Positions 35,437-44,120 of a stretch of DNA of 64,000 bases are shown here, piece after piece. This DNA is from a virus (Duplodnaviria; Caudoviricetes). The stretch lies in IMG/VR virus record IMGVR_UViG_3300036803_000072, positions 13,314-77,313 of that record. One strand, written 5' to 3'. Under the pieces are notes generated by a model. That model searched no databases. It was given only the letters and a program-made list of their open reading frames with translations, and was not told where the DNA came from. The position numbers and the translations under genes are program-made. Positions within the stretch are counted from its first letter, which is position 1. Each line of letters starts with the position of its first letter.

Positions 35437-35994
35437 TCATTCGGCAGCGCGGATCGCGGCGATGATGGCCGGGAGGGCTTTCTCGATGGCGGTCATGCTC
35501 AGGTCGAGGTGGTGGTCGTCTTCGGTTTTCGCGAAAGCGTCGGAGAGGTCCCAGGCGATCATCTTGGCGTCGGCGCCTTCGGGGAGTGCGTCTGCTTTGG
35601 CGGGAATGTAGTCAACGGCCTCAAACCAGCGCATGCCGGCGCCGTGAAGATTGATCGCCCAATTGGCGGCATCATCACTATCGGCGAAGACGCAGACGGC
35701 TCTGGTGTCCCGGCCGGGTTCATCGAGGAGTGCGACGTAGAGCTTAGGTGTGGGGTACATCTGTTCGAGGCAGTGTTCGATGTTCTCGCCGCACTCGATG
35801 GTCAAGTCGAGAAGACGTGGAGCGTCGACGGTGCCGAGGAGTTTGGCAGCAACACGGAGGAACGTGTCGCTCACTTCACCGTAGGCGCCGCCGGACTGAT
35901 AGGCGAAATCCTGGGTGTGGGCAGCGTTGCAGGCCATCAGCGCGTCGCGAAGGGACTGGAGGACGGCGATGTCGGCGGGGTCGATGCGGGTCAT
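35437..35994 (-). CDS. Hypothetical protein
   Basis: GAGGAG RBS; directly after a promoter motif. Confidence 0.65.
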   Translation of the reverse strand: MTRIDPADIAVLQSLRDALMACNAAHTQDFAYQSGGAYGEVSDTFLRVAAKLLGTVDAPRLLDLTIECGENIEHCLEQMYPTPKLYVALLDEPGRDTRAVCVFADSDDAANWAINLHGAGMRWFEAVDYIPAKADALPEGADAKMIAWDLSDAFAKTEDDHHLDLSMTAIEKALPAIIAAIRAAE

Positions 35995-36016
35995 GGCGGG
36001 GTCTCCTCTTCAGTGG

Positions 36017-36040
36017 ACCGGAACACCCCAGACGCTACCA
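36017..36040 (-). promoter_or_regulatory. Element-specific promoter motif
   Basis: TGGTAGCGT-N6-TGTTCCGGT. Confidence 0.7.
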
Positions 36041-36061
36041 GGTACCGCGTAGGTGCGCAAC

Positions 36062-36562
36062 TCACACCTTGACGGCGCTCGCCGGGGCACTCCCATCCCG
36101 CACCAAACGCGCCGCATGCACCTCGATCAGCTTCCATCTCGGGGTGAGCAGCTGTTGCGCCCGAGATCGCGCCATTGCCAGCGAGATCGGCGGTCGCCGG
36201 CCCCCGTAGTCCCGGAACATCTTCATATCCCCGGTCGCGCCCGCTTCCGCGTCACCCATGGCTTTGTCGAAACCGTCCCCCTTATAGAGGACGTGCCACA
36301 TGGCCTCACCGACCTGCCCACCGACGCATGCGATGAGCCAGCCCGGCATCATCTCCGGCGAGATCTTCTCCATCTCGCATTTCGTGACCCCGGCGACGCC
36401 CTCACCGACCATCCATACGTGCGTCTCGCCGGGTTGGAATCCGGCGAGCACGTCGAGAACCGCGTGGGACGCCTCGTGCACACCACCCCTGGTGAGCTGA
36501 TGGGCGCGTAGGACGCCGTCGAAGTACTCGAAGCCGGGCAGGCCGGACCAGTGCTCACTCAT
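36062..36562 (-). CDS. Stand-alone M41 (FtsH)-like zinc metallopeptidase domain
   Basis: VHEASHAV (HExxH), later GG..GE and GATGD motifs; no ATPase domain. Confidence 0.6.
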   Translation of the reverse strand: MSEHWSGLPGFEYFDGVLRAHQLTRGGVHEASHAVLDVLAGFQPGETHVWMVGEGVAGVTKCEMEKISPEMMPGWLIACVGGQVGEAMWHVLYKGDGFDKAMGDAEAGATGDMKMFRDYGGRRPPISLAMARSRAQQLLTPRWKLIEVHAARLVRDGSAPASAVKV

Positions 36563-36744
36563 GTCTGCCTGTCCAGTGGCTGGATCAAGGTCATGCAGTG
36601 ATTGGTGACGTCCTCGCCTTTCACGTTGCGCATACAGTCCCCCTCATGGATGTGCGTGCGAAGGCGGTGGTGGTACCAGTGTTCGCCGGTTATCGGCTCG
36701 TGGCAGCCGCCGCAGAGTGGGAGTGGGCGTTCAGTGTTCGTCAT
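36559..36744 (-). CDS. Small Zn-ribbon-like protein
   Basis: CGGC...HEGDC; ATGA overlaps. Confidence 0.5.
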   Translation of the reverse strand: MTNTERPLPLCGGCHEPITGEHWYHHRLRTHIHEGDCMRNVKGEDVTNHCMTLIQPLDRQT

Positions 36745-37295
36745 TCCCTTGACCCTCCTGTAGTCAGTTCGTTGAGTCGCGACATCATGGCCTCCTCGGT
36801 CTTGCAGGTGGCATCAGCGAACGTAGGCGACTCCTCGGCACGGGGCTGCTCACCGGGGTGCACGCAGGAGACGACGAGGTAGCGGCCGTCGGTGCGCTGG
36901 TAGTGGTTGAAAGCCATGCCGTAGGCCTGCCGGGGCCCGTGGGCGTGCCAGCGGCCGGAGTAGCACTGCCCGTTGCCTATGAACATGCCGCACACCGTCC
37001 ATAGGCTGGCTTCGGGGTAGCGGCGGATCTCCTCGGCCTCGTCGACTTCCTGGTCGGCGTAGTCCAGACGAGGCGCGCGGGTGATGTCGTGCCCGTGGTG
37101 CATGGTGCAGAGCAGGACATCAGTGGTGAACTGGCCGATGGCCAGGCCCTCCCGGTCGACCTGGAGCTCGACGAACTCTTGCGCCACGGCGGCGTCGAGC
37201 TCGGCGAGCTCCACCTGATAGAACGCGGTCTGCCAGGCCTGCCACTCTCTGGTGAGGTCGGCGAGCAGGCAGCACAGGGTCACGGGGTAACTCAT
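36741..37295 (-). CDS. Hypothetical protein
   Basis: 184-aa ORF with coupled overlaps. Confidence 0.55.
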   Translation of the reverse strand: MSYPVTLCCLLADLTREWQAWQTAFYQVELAELDAAVAQEFVELQVDREGLAIGQFTTDVLLCTMHHGHDITRAPRLDYADQEVDEAEEIRRYPEASLWTVCGMFIGNGQCYSGRWHAHGPRQAYGMAFNHYQRTDGRYLVVSCVHPGEQPRAEESPTFADATCKTEEAMMSRLNELTTGGSRE

Positions 37296-38092
37296 CGCCG
37301 GCCGCCGCTAGAACCGCCGGAGCGACCACTGCTACCGCTACTGCCACCTGAGCGACCACTGCTCGATCCGGAACTGGATCCGGTGTAGGACTTGCTTCCC
37401 CCGGTGTAGGTCTTATCAATACCGGGACTGGTATTGCTGTTCTTGGTCTTCGGGGTGGTCGTGCCGGGCTTGCTGGTCGGTGCGTCGCCGGCCGCCGAAC
37501 CAGGCGTGACGTTGGTGCCCTTGAATGCGGACTTAGGTGCGGTGGCGCCGGTGTAGGTCTTGCCACTGGCGGTCTTGTAGCCGCCGGTCTTCGGGTTGGC
37601 CGCTGCCGCCTTCTCTTGTGCCGCGTATTTAGTATTGGTGGGCTGCACAACGGTGGTGTGATAGTTGTTCACGGTCGTGATCCGGGTGACCGGTGCGTGG
37701 CCGTACCCGTAGTAGGTGCCGGGGTAGCGCGACCACGCGGGCCCGATATGCCGGTAGTAGTAGCCGTCGCTGTAGTAGTAGTCCGAGTGACCCAGGCCGA
37801 AGCGGAACATGGCACCGAGGGCGAACCAGTCCGCGTCGCTCATGCCCGTTTGGCGTACTGGCTGGGTGGTGGGCATGGCGAAGTCGCAGGCCCGCAGGCC
37901 CGACCCGTCGGTCTCGTGCGGGTTGTTCACCCAGGGGGCGCACTTCTCACCGGTGGTGGGGTTGGTGAACGCGGTGGGCGCGATGGTCTGGTCATCGTTG
38001 GTGGCGGAGTCGCATGCGGCGGCCGAGGGGGCGATGACGGCGACGGCGATCAGGGCTAGTAGGAGGGCTTTGAGTCGGGCGGGAATGTTCAT
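37292..38092 (-). CDS. Putative lipoprotein with Tyr-rich middle and Gly/Ser-rich tail
   Basis: Hydrophobic leader ending SAAA-C; YYYSDGYYY; terminal GSSSGRSGGSS repeats. Confidence 0.65.
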   Translation of the reverse strand: MNIPARLKALLLALIAVAVIAPSAAACDSATNDDQTIAPTAFTNPTTGEKCAPWVNNPHETDGSGLRACDFAMPTTQPVRQTGMSDADWFALGAMFRFGLGHSDYYYSDGYYYRHIGPAWSRYPGTYYGYGHAPVTRITTVNNYHTTVVQPTNTKYAAQEKAAAANPKTGGYKTASGKTYTGATAPKSAFKGTNVTPGSAAGDAPTSKPGTTTPKTKNSNTSPGIDKTYTGGSKSYTGSSSGSSSGRSGGSSGSSGRSGGSSGGRR

Positions 38093-38400
38093 GGCAGATC
38101 CTTCGGGGTGTGCTGGGTGACGAGGGTCTGGAGCCACTCGGGCAGCGAATCACCGACACCACCGGGCCAGTAGGTGTTCTCACATCGACCTAGTCCGTCG
38201 GTACCGTCTTTCCACCGTCGGGGGCCGAAGATCGCGACCTGCTCGGCGGACCAGTCGCCCGCGTCGAATCGGTATTCGATGCAGATAGCGTCGGGCCGGA
38301 ACATGGCCAATCCGTAGAGCCTGTGAACAGGTGGCGCGTCGACGAGGTCGGCGGTGAGCTCCCGCTTATAGCGAGGGTTGGTGAGCGTGACGTCGGGCAT
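38089..38400 (-). CDS. Hypothetical protein
   Basis: GAGGAG RBS after a promoter motif. Confidence 0.6.
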   Translation of the reverse strand: MPDVTLTNPRYKRELTADLVDAPPVHRLYGLAMFRPDAICIEYRFDAGDWSAEQVAIFGPRRWKDGTDGLGRCENTYWPGGVGDSLPEWLQTLVTQHTPKDLP

Positions 38401-38424
38401 GGCAGAAGTCTCCTCACATCATGG

Positions 38425-38448
38425 ACCGGAACACAAGCCAGGCTACCA
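38425..38448 (-). promoter_or_regulatory. Element-specific promoter motif
   Basis: TGGTAGCCT-N6-TGTTCCGGT. Confidence 0.7.
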
Positions 38449-38474
38449 CTGTCGTGGCTGATGGTACAGCGGAA

Positions 38475-38765
38475 TTAGCGCAGGGCGATCCAAATCCCCA
38501 GGACGCCGCCCAGAGCGCCCGCCAGCACCAGCAGGACGGCGATCAGGATGGCCAACCACGGGCTCGGCTGAGACGCTTCCTGGTTCGCGGCGACGTCGAG
38601 CAGTGCGGGGTGCGGTACGGCGTCGATCTCAGCGCGCCAGCCGGCGAGCAGAGTGGCCAACTCGTCGCGCCCGGCGTGCGCAGCCGGGTCGTCGAGCAGG
38701 GCGTCGTCGGAGATGAGGGGGTCGAGCCGGTCGCGCAGGGCCCGATCGGTGATGTCGTCGGTCAT
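38475..38765 (-). CDS. Protein with a C-terminal TM anchor
   Basis: ATGA overlap; hydrophobic C-terminus. Confidence 0.55.
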   Translation of the reverse strand: MTDDITDRALRDRLDPLISDDALLDDPAAHAGRDELATLLAGWRAEIDAVPHPALLDVAANQEASQPSPWLAILIAVLLVLAGALGGVLGIWIALR

Positions 38766-38893
38766 GACCGGGCCACCTTGACCAGTGCGACAGCGACAGC
38801 GATGAGGACCAGCGGCACGACCAGCATGCCGAGGAAGACTAGGGCAGCGGCCACAGCCATTGCCGTCAACAGGCCGTTGAGCAGGTAGATCAT
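38762..38893 (-). CDS. Tiny membrane protein (43 aa)
   Basis: AGGAGG RBS after a promoter motif; almost entirely hydrophobic. Confidence 0.55.
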   Translation of the reverse strand: MIYLLNGLLTAMAVAAALVFLGMLVVPLVLIAVAVALVKVARS

Positions 38894-38911
38894 GAACTCC
38901 TCCTAGAGTTG

Positions 38912-38931
38912 ACCGGAACACTAGGAGTATC
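38912..38931 (-). promoter_or_regulatory. Element-specific promoter motif (variant)
   Basis: GATACT-N5-TGTTCCGGT. Confidence 0.55.
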
Positions 38932-38949
38932 GCCGCTGGTCGCGGGCTG

Positions 38950-39192
38950 TTACCGGTCGCCGCCATCGAAAAAGCGGCGTACGTAACCAGCCTCTACGGC
39001 TGGAGCCGTGTGTCGATCACACACGCCGAATGGTGTATCACCCACGAAGATGTAACCGCTGACTGCCCCCTCGTGAGGTCGCCCACAGACGCAGCGATAC
39101 TCCATGGCCTCACCGAGGCAGGCTTCGCGGAGCTGGTCTGCGGTCAGCTGCTGGGCTTGCTCAATAGCAGCGATAAATTCGTCTGGTGTCAC
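38950..39192 (-). CDS. Small Cys-containing hypothetical protein
   Basis: CVCGRPH...VCDRH. Confidence 0.5.
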   Translation of the reverse strand: MTPDEFIAAIEQAQQLTADQLREACLGEAMEYRCVCGRPHEGAVSGYIFVGDTPFGVCDRHTAPAVEAGYVRRFFDGGDR

Positions 39193-39205
39193 GCGGGGAC
39201 ACCTG

Positions 39206-39793
39206 TTACCGGGTCGCCTTGTGGCGGTCCTGGCAGGTTTGGCACATGTCGCCCAGGACGGTGAAGGGGAACTCAGGGGCCACGGCGTAGTCGCCCACGG
39301 AGCATTCCGACTCGCGGACCCGGGCCTCGATCGTGCCCGATAGCTCGTGCCGGCAGTCGCTGTAGCGGTGCAGCCGGAACTCTGGAGTGCGGAAGCGGTA
39401 GTCGTGCCACAGGGTCACGACCGCTTCCGGGTCTGCTTGTGTTTCGCCGTACCGCCGGTCGGCGCACGCTACGCAGTACTCCTCCGAGTCGCGCAGCTCG
39501 GCCAGCACTTCGGCCTTCGCTGACTCATGCGCGTCACTCCGGTCGCCGTCCTCTCGGATCGCTTCCTGATGCTGGAGCAGCGTGTCGCGGTAGTCGTCGA
39601 GCAGCGTTGCCACGGTGTCGTAGTCGTAGAGGGCTTGACTGCCCAGTGGAGGCGCTTCCACGGTCCAGTCGTGCACACCTCGGTGGTCGGCCAGGGTGCG
39701 GCGCCAGCGACCGCTCAAGGCGGGGCAGTAGATGTAGACCCCGGAGTGCTCACCTTCGGGTACCCAGCGGACTGCGGGCGGGTCGGTGCTCAC
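39206..39793 (-). CDS. Hypothetical protein
   Basis: 195-aa ORF with a GTGA overlap and CxxC pairs. Confidence 0.55.
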   Translation of the reverse strand: MSTDPPAVRWVPEGEHSGVYIYCPALSGRWRRTLADHRGVHDWTVEAPPLGSQALYDYDTVATLLDDYRDTLLQHQEAIREDGDRSDAHESAKAEVLAELRDSEEYCVACADRRYGETQADPEAVVTLWHDYRFRTPEFRLHRYSDCRHELSGTIEARVRESECSVGDYAVAPEFPFTVLGDMCQTCQDRHKATR

Positions 39794-40320
39794 AGCGTCA
39801 CCGTCGCTTCGGGGTCAAAGGTGCCCCATCCGTGTCCGGCGCCCTTGTGCTCGCGTAGCGCAGCGGCGATGCGGCGTCCGACGTCGGTGAGGGCGTAGGT
39901 GGCGCGGGTCATCAGCTCGGCTTCGACTAGTCCGGTGATCAAGGTGCCTGCGGGTGGCTGCGGCATGGTGACGGTGACCAACCCTTCGGCGATCATGTCG
40001 TCGAGGCAGTCGTAGTCGTCGTGGTGTTCGGCTTCACCGTCCCTGAGGCGGGTGGGGTAGGCGCGGCCATCCCCACAGCCGAAAATGTTGGCGCGGCGTT
40101 TGGCGAGCAGCATGGCCGGGTGGCGATCACCGTGGCAGCGCATGTGGTCGTGGCTGAGCTTGCCGTGGTGGTCGACGATGCGGACCTCCAGGTAGGCCAG
40201 CGTCGACCAGTGGTCCTTCCCCCAACGCTCCATGGGGATACGTTCGCCGGTCGGGACGTACTCGGCAGGACCGTTGGACAGGCCATAGGCGGCCAGGATG
40301 TCGAGAACGGGGTTACTCAT
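39790..40320 (-). CDS. Hypothetical phage protein
   Basis: 176 aa; WGKDHWSTLAYLE, YPTRL and HDDYDCLDDM look like conserved motifs. Confidence 0.6.
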   Translation of the reverse strand: MSNPVLDILAAYGLSNGPAEYVPTGERIPMERWGKDHWSTLAYLEVRIVDHHGKLSHDHMRCHGDRHPAMLLAKRRANIFGCGDGRAYPTRLRDGEAEHHDDYDCLDDMIAEGLVTVTMPQPPAGTLITGLVEAELMTRATYALTDVGRRIAAALREHKGAGHGWGTFDPEATVTL

Positions 40321-40655
40321 AGCGTCACCTCTTTCGGCAGGTCGTGGACGGTGAGGTCAGAGCTGTGAGCCGCAGGGGCGTGGCGTTCGCAGATGCCGTA
40401 GTGGCTGCCGCGACAGGTGTAGTAGCCGATGACCGGATCGGTGCAGTTGCGGTACCAGCGGCACGGACTGTTGACGATGCTCATGAAGCGGTCGCGTTCC
40501 TTGAGTAGGTCAGCGAGCACGTATGCCTGAGTGGTCAGCGCGCGACGCTCACCGGGGAGCATGGTGGCGATGATCTCCCGGGCGGTGTCGATATCGCCCT
40601 CGATCACAGCGAGCAGGGCGTTGGCCTCAGTGAAATTGGTCGGGTAGCGGCTCAT
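40317..40655 (-). CDS. Hypothetical protein with a C-terminal Zn-finger-like motif
   Basis: ATGA overlaps; C.W..C...C..H. Confidence 0.55.
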   Translation of the reverse strand: MSRYPTNFTEANALLAVIEGDIDTAREIIATMLPGERRALTTQAYVLADLLKERDRFMSIVNSPCRWYRNCTDPVIGYYTCRGSHYGICERHAPAAHSSDLTVHDLPKEVTL

Positions 40656-40993
40656 GCCCATCTCACCCACTCTGGTGGGTGGAAGTGGCAGTCCTCATCG
40701 CCTTCAACATCGGTGTAGAACAGTTCGCTGGTGATGTAGTCGCGGGTGGCGGTGCCGGGCCAGGTGGTGCCGTCGCCGTAGTCGCAGTAGATGGTGACCG
40801 GCTCACCGCTGCCGGGGGCGACGTCGTCGGGGAGGCTCCAGTGGTCGGAACGGTTGCCGGAAGCGTTGTCCGCGTCCCAGGGTTCTGTCATGGTGGCGAA
40901 CAGCCGGGGCAGGAGGCGGTCACTGCTGCCGATGTAAAGGCCGTACCGGATGGTGCCGTCAGGGAAAAGGACGGCGACGGATGCTCGGGCCAT
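40652..40993 (-). CDS. Hypothetical protein
   Basis: ATG 40993 with GAGGAG. Confidence 0.6.
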   Translation of the reverse strand: MARASVAVLFPDGTIRYGLYIGSSDRLLPRLFATMTEPWDADNASGNRSDHWSLPDDVAPGSGEPVTIYCDYGDGTTWPGTATRDYITSELFYTDVEGDEDCHFHPPEWVRWA

Positions 40994-41220
40994 TATCGTC
41001 TCCTCGGGACGCGGGCCAACCGGCGTGCACCGCGCCGCAGCTGCCGGTGTTCGAGGTAGGCCCAGGCGGCGCAGACCACGGCAGCGTAAGTGAACGCGGT
41101 CGACGGATAGCCGAAAATAAAGAACACCACGAACAGCACGAATGCGGGCAAAGTCAGCACGACAGCAACCCACACGGCGATCGCGATGGGCAGGGCAAAG
41201 ATCCGGGCGAGGATTCTCAT
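40993..41220 (-). CDS. Small membrane protein
   Basis: MRILARIFALP... with 2-3 TM segments. Confidence 0.55.
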   Translation of the reverse strand: MRILARIFALPIAIAVWVAVVLTLPAFVLFVVFFIFGYPSTAFTYAAVVCAAWAYLEHRQLRRGARRLARVPRRR

Positions 41221-41939
41221 GCTTCCCAGCTCTCGGTTCCCCGGACGAAGTGCACGATCCGGGCCAGGCCGCCGGTGACGGCATTGGCGGCCTGAGCGAT
41301 AAGAACGACGGCGATCAGCCAGCACACGAGGGCGACACCGAGAGTGACGAGGTCGTGTGCCCGGAAGTTCAGGTGACCGGCGGGATCGTAGGTGGCGTGG
41401 CCCAGGACATCGCGGAACCACAGGTAGATGACGAACACCAGGAAGGTGAGTAGGGCAGCGAGGGTGGCCATGCTGAAGGCGACGTCGGCGGGGCGCCAGT
41501 CGCGGGGCATGGTGTCCTGCGCCCACTCGGTTCCGCAGGTGGGGCAGAAGTACCACTGGGCGGGGGCGTAGTCGCGGCCTTCGAGGCCAGCCTCGGCGCG
41601 GCATTCGGGGCAGCCCGCGATAACGATGTCGTCGGAGATCTGTGCTTCGACGCGCTGCGCGTGGAACTCGCAGAGCCATTCGTCGCCGACCTCGCGGGCG
41701 CCGGGGGCGCGGCAGCCGTAGGAGTGTCCAGCGGTGTCATTCCAGCCCTGGTCGCAGCGGTAGGTGCCGGGTGCCCAATTCCAGCCGTGGGCGAGCTCGG
41801 GACGGGAGATGAGGGGCGTGGCGGTGGGCGTGTATGCGGCTACGTAAGTCATGGCCGGGTTTCCTTCGAGGTCGGTGGGGATCATGATGGGCCGGAACGT
41901 GGTGTGAACACCGAGGCGGGCGAACTGTTCGTCATTCAT
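41217..41939 (-). CDS. Zn-ribbon plus membrane-anchor protein
   Basis: CDQ...C...CEFH, CPEC...CPTC, two C-terminal TM segments; start uncertain. Confidence 0.55.
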   Translation of the reverse strand: MNDEQFARLGVHTTFRPIMIPTDLEGNPAMTYVAAYTPTATPLISRPELAHGWNWAPGTYRCDQGWNDTAGHSYGCRAPGAREVGDEWLCEFHAQRVEAQISDDIVIAGCPECRAEAGLEGRDYAPAQWYFCPTCGTEWAQDTMPRDWRPADVAFSMATLAALLTFLVFVIYLWFRDVLGHATYDPAGHLNFRAHDLVTLGVALVCWLIAVVLIAQAANAVTGGLARIVHFVRGTESWEA

Positions 41940-41944
41940 GGCGG

Positions 41945-42262
41945 TCACCAGTCGAAACAAGTGATGTGGTTGCACTTGCTGTTCGGGTCCGCGAAGTGTG
42001 CCTTCATCTCGCGAGAGAGCCGGGCGTCTTTCTCCGCCCGGCTCTGGCCGAAACCCTCGCGGGGTGCGTCGCCGTCGTCGAGCTCGATGCAGCGAGGGCA
42101 GTCGGTGACGCGGCGGAAGCCGAACGGACCGGCGTGGTTGTGCTGGGTGCGGCCTTCGGCGTTGAGCTCGTCGCGGCGTTGATCGCAGCGGGGACAGTCG
42201 CCGGGGGCCTCTAGGGCGCCGAAGTCATTGTTGGGGTGATTATGTCGCAGTTTGGCGGCCAT
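41945..42262 (-). CDS. Cys/His-rich hypothetical protein with an internal CPRC repeat
   Basis: CPRCD...CPRCIE; first gene after a promoter motif. Confidence 0.6.
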   Translation of the reverse strand: MAAKLRHNHPNNDFGALEAPGDCPRCDQRRDELNAEGRTQHNHAGPFGFRRVTDCPRCIELDDGDAPREGFGQSRAEKDARLSREMKAHFADPNSKCNHITCFDW

Positions 42263-42272
42263 GATGGGCCTC

Positions 42273-42530
42273 TCACTCGGATACCGGAACATCGCCCACG
42301 GTACCAGGCATCATGTCGGGTGTCCAGCGCCACGACGGCAACAGGCTCCACAGGCTCGACACGTCCCCGTCGGCGATGCGCGCCGCCGCCCGGTACGCGG
42401 CGGCCTCCACCATGAGGATCGTCCGTGCCTCGGCCATCGGGCCCGTCTCGGGCAGGCGGTCGGCGTACTCCTCGCGGCCGGCGGCGACCGCTCGCAGGAT
42501 CGCCACCACATCGAGCGGGCCCTCGGTCAC
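42273..42530 (-). CDS. Hypothetical protein, related to the central part of 48913-49536
   Basis: AILRAVAAGREEY...EAAAYRAAARIADGDVSSLWSLLPSWRW matches LLRIIADGREEY...EAAAFRSAAIIVEGDTSGLWRLLPTWRL. Confidence 0.6.
   Translation of the reverse strand: MTEGPLDVVAILRAVAAGREEYADRLPETGPMAEARTILMVEAAAYRAAARIADGDVSSLWSLLPSWRWTPDMMPGTVGDVPVSE
42283..42306 (-). promoter_or_regulatory. Element-specific promoter motif
   Basis: TGGTACCGT-N6-TGTTCCGGT. Confidence 0.7.
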
Positions 42531-42856
42531 AGCGCAACCCCAGGAGTGAACAGGGTTACGCCGACCGGCTCACCGAGAGCCAGCAGCTCCGACAGCTCAC
42601 CAGGGAAAGTAGCGAGCACGTCCGGGGTCGCGTACAGCGCCACTTTCCGCAGCGCCCGGGACGGTGTGTAGGGCTCGCGGCGCTGGAGGATCAACTGCCG
42701 AAGCTCGCCCATCAGTCGCTCAATCTCCCGCACGCCCACAGCGGTACGGGAGGCGATGCGACTGCACGGCGCGGCAGGCTCACCGACGAGGTGCAGGCAC
42801 CACAGCACCGTGGTCTCCGCTTCGACTTCAGCGCGGATCTGCTCGAAACCGGTCAC
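42527..42856 (-). CDS. Hypothetical protein
   Basis: GTGA overlaps. Confidence 0.5.
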   Translation of the reverse strand: MTGFEQIRAEVEAETTVLWCLHLVGEPAAPCSRIASRTAVGVREIERLMGELRQLILQRREPYTPSRALRKVALYATPDVLATFPGELSELLALGEPVGVTLFTPGVAL

Positions 42857-43143
42857 AGTGCACCGTCCCGGCAGGCCACGCAAAAGGCGTCCGGTGTGCA
42901 ACGCACGGCGACCCGCAGTGCCCGCAGAGTGAGGTAGTCCGGTGACCCCTCCCAGCGCAACAGCACCAGGCCGATGACCTCCCCCGCCTTGCCAGGGATC
43001 CTCGCGAGCAGAGCGAGCCACCAGGCGGCCCGGTGTTGATTGCGGTGGGCGCTGTACCATGCAAGGTCAGTGGGGGACTTGAGGTGCATGATGAGCCCGC
43101 AGCACCGGATGCGGAGCTGGAGTGCTCTCACTGTGTAGAACAT
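42853..43143 (-). CDS. Hypothetical protein
   Basis: ATG 43143; CC and CxxC. Confidence 0.45.
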   Translation of the reverse strand: MFYTVRALQLRIRCCGLIMHLKSPTDLAWYSAHRNQHRAAWWLALLARIPGKAGEVIGLVLLRWEGSPDYLTLRALRVAVRCTPDAFCVACRDGAL

Positions 43144-43154
43144 TGCCTCGCCTT

Positions 43155-43697
43155 TCAGAGGATCACGGTCACGATGGCCGCGACGAACAGCCAGAAGATG
43201 TGCCACCACTGATCAAGCACGTAGGCACCGGTGCCTAGGGACGGATTGTCCCAGGACACTGGGGCCGTCTCCGCGTCGACAGCGAGCCGCAACTGCACCG
43301 ACTCCCGGCCGTGAGTATCGGTGAATCTCGCTGCCCGCACCGGGCGCGGCATACCGAGCCGGTAGAAGCTGCCCTTGCCGAGCCGATCGCAGAATCGGGC
43401 CAAAGTGAACCGCCGATCGGCCCAGTAGTGGGTTACCCCGCTGACTGCCTGCCCGGCGAGCACGCCGGCCACCGTCAACTGGAGACCGCAGACCGCGCTG
43501 ATCGCGAGCAGGAACGCGGCGGCGGTCATGATGTAGACCCCGACGTGCGTCCCGCACGCGGCGGCGCCTAAGCGTCCGGGCTTGCCTTTCGTGGCGGCCT
43601 GGTAGTCGGTTTGCAGCCAGTGGTCGGCGAGCCCGTGCGCGACATAGAGGGCGATGAACACGACGGCGAAGGCGCCAGGATCTGCGGGTACGAACAT
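43155..43697 (-). CDS. DUF3307-family membrane protein
   Basis: AHGLADHWLQT...HVGVY...HYWAD...LDQWWH. Confidence 0.75.
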   Translation of the reverse strand: MFVPADPGAFAVVFIALYVAHGLADHWLQTDYQAATKGKPGRLGAAACGTHVGVYIMTAAAFLLAISAVCGLQLTVAGVLAGQAVSGVTHYWADRRFTLARFCDRLGKGSFYRLGMPRPVRAARFTDTHGRESVQLRLAVDAETAPVSWDNPSLGTGAYVLDQWWHIFWLFVAAIVTVIL

Positions 43698-43706
43698 CGG
43701 GCGCTC

Positions 43707-43937
43707 CTAGAGCGGGTTGAGCCAGCTCAACGGAATGTACGGCCCCCAGTCGGGGCCACCGAACTGGAAACCGATCAGGTGGTAGACGGAGACCGTGACA
43801 ATGCTGATCGCCTGCCCGCCAGCGGGATACCGGTACTGCCCACTGATGTGGAGCGTCAGCGCGGCGGCGATGATCCCCACCGCCAGGGCAACCCATCCGG
43901 CCTTCGATCCTCGGACGGGTGGTCGTTTCGATGTCAT
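43707..43937 (-). CDS. Small membrane protein
   Basis: Hydrophobic segments. Confidence 0.5.
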   Translation of the reverse strand: MTSKRPPVRGSKAGWVALAVGIIAAALTLHISGQYRYPAGGQAISIVTVSVYHLIGFQFGGPDWGPYIPLSWLNPL

Positions 43938-43946
43938 GGCTGGTCC

Positions 43947-44120
43947 TTACCTTCCTGGATTGGTGTTCAGGGCAAGAGCGATAGCGGACAGAACGATTGC
44001 GCTGACCAGGCAACGGGCAGCGAGATTGTGCATGCCGTTGTCACTGAGCACGAGGGCGATGAATATGCAGGTGGGTAGGCCGATGGCGGCGAACCGGGCG
44101 AGTGGGCTCCAAGGGTTCAT
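43947..44120 (-). CDS. Small membrane protein
   Basis: MNPWSPLARF..., two TM segments, ATGA overlap. Confidence 0.5.
   Translation of the reverse strand: MNPWSPLARFAAIGLPTCIFIALVLSDNGMHNLAARCLVSAIVLSAIALALNTNPGR

Noticed and set aside
37300-37385. Tandem DNA repeats (GAGCGACCACTGCT x2)
   Set aside because: Explained by the GRSGGSS peptide repeats of the lipoprotein tail
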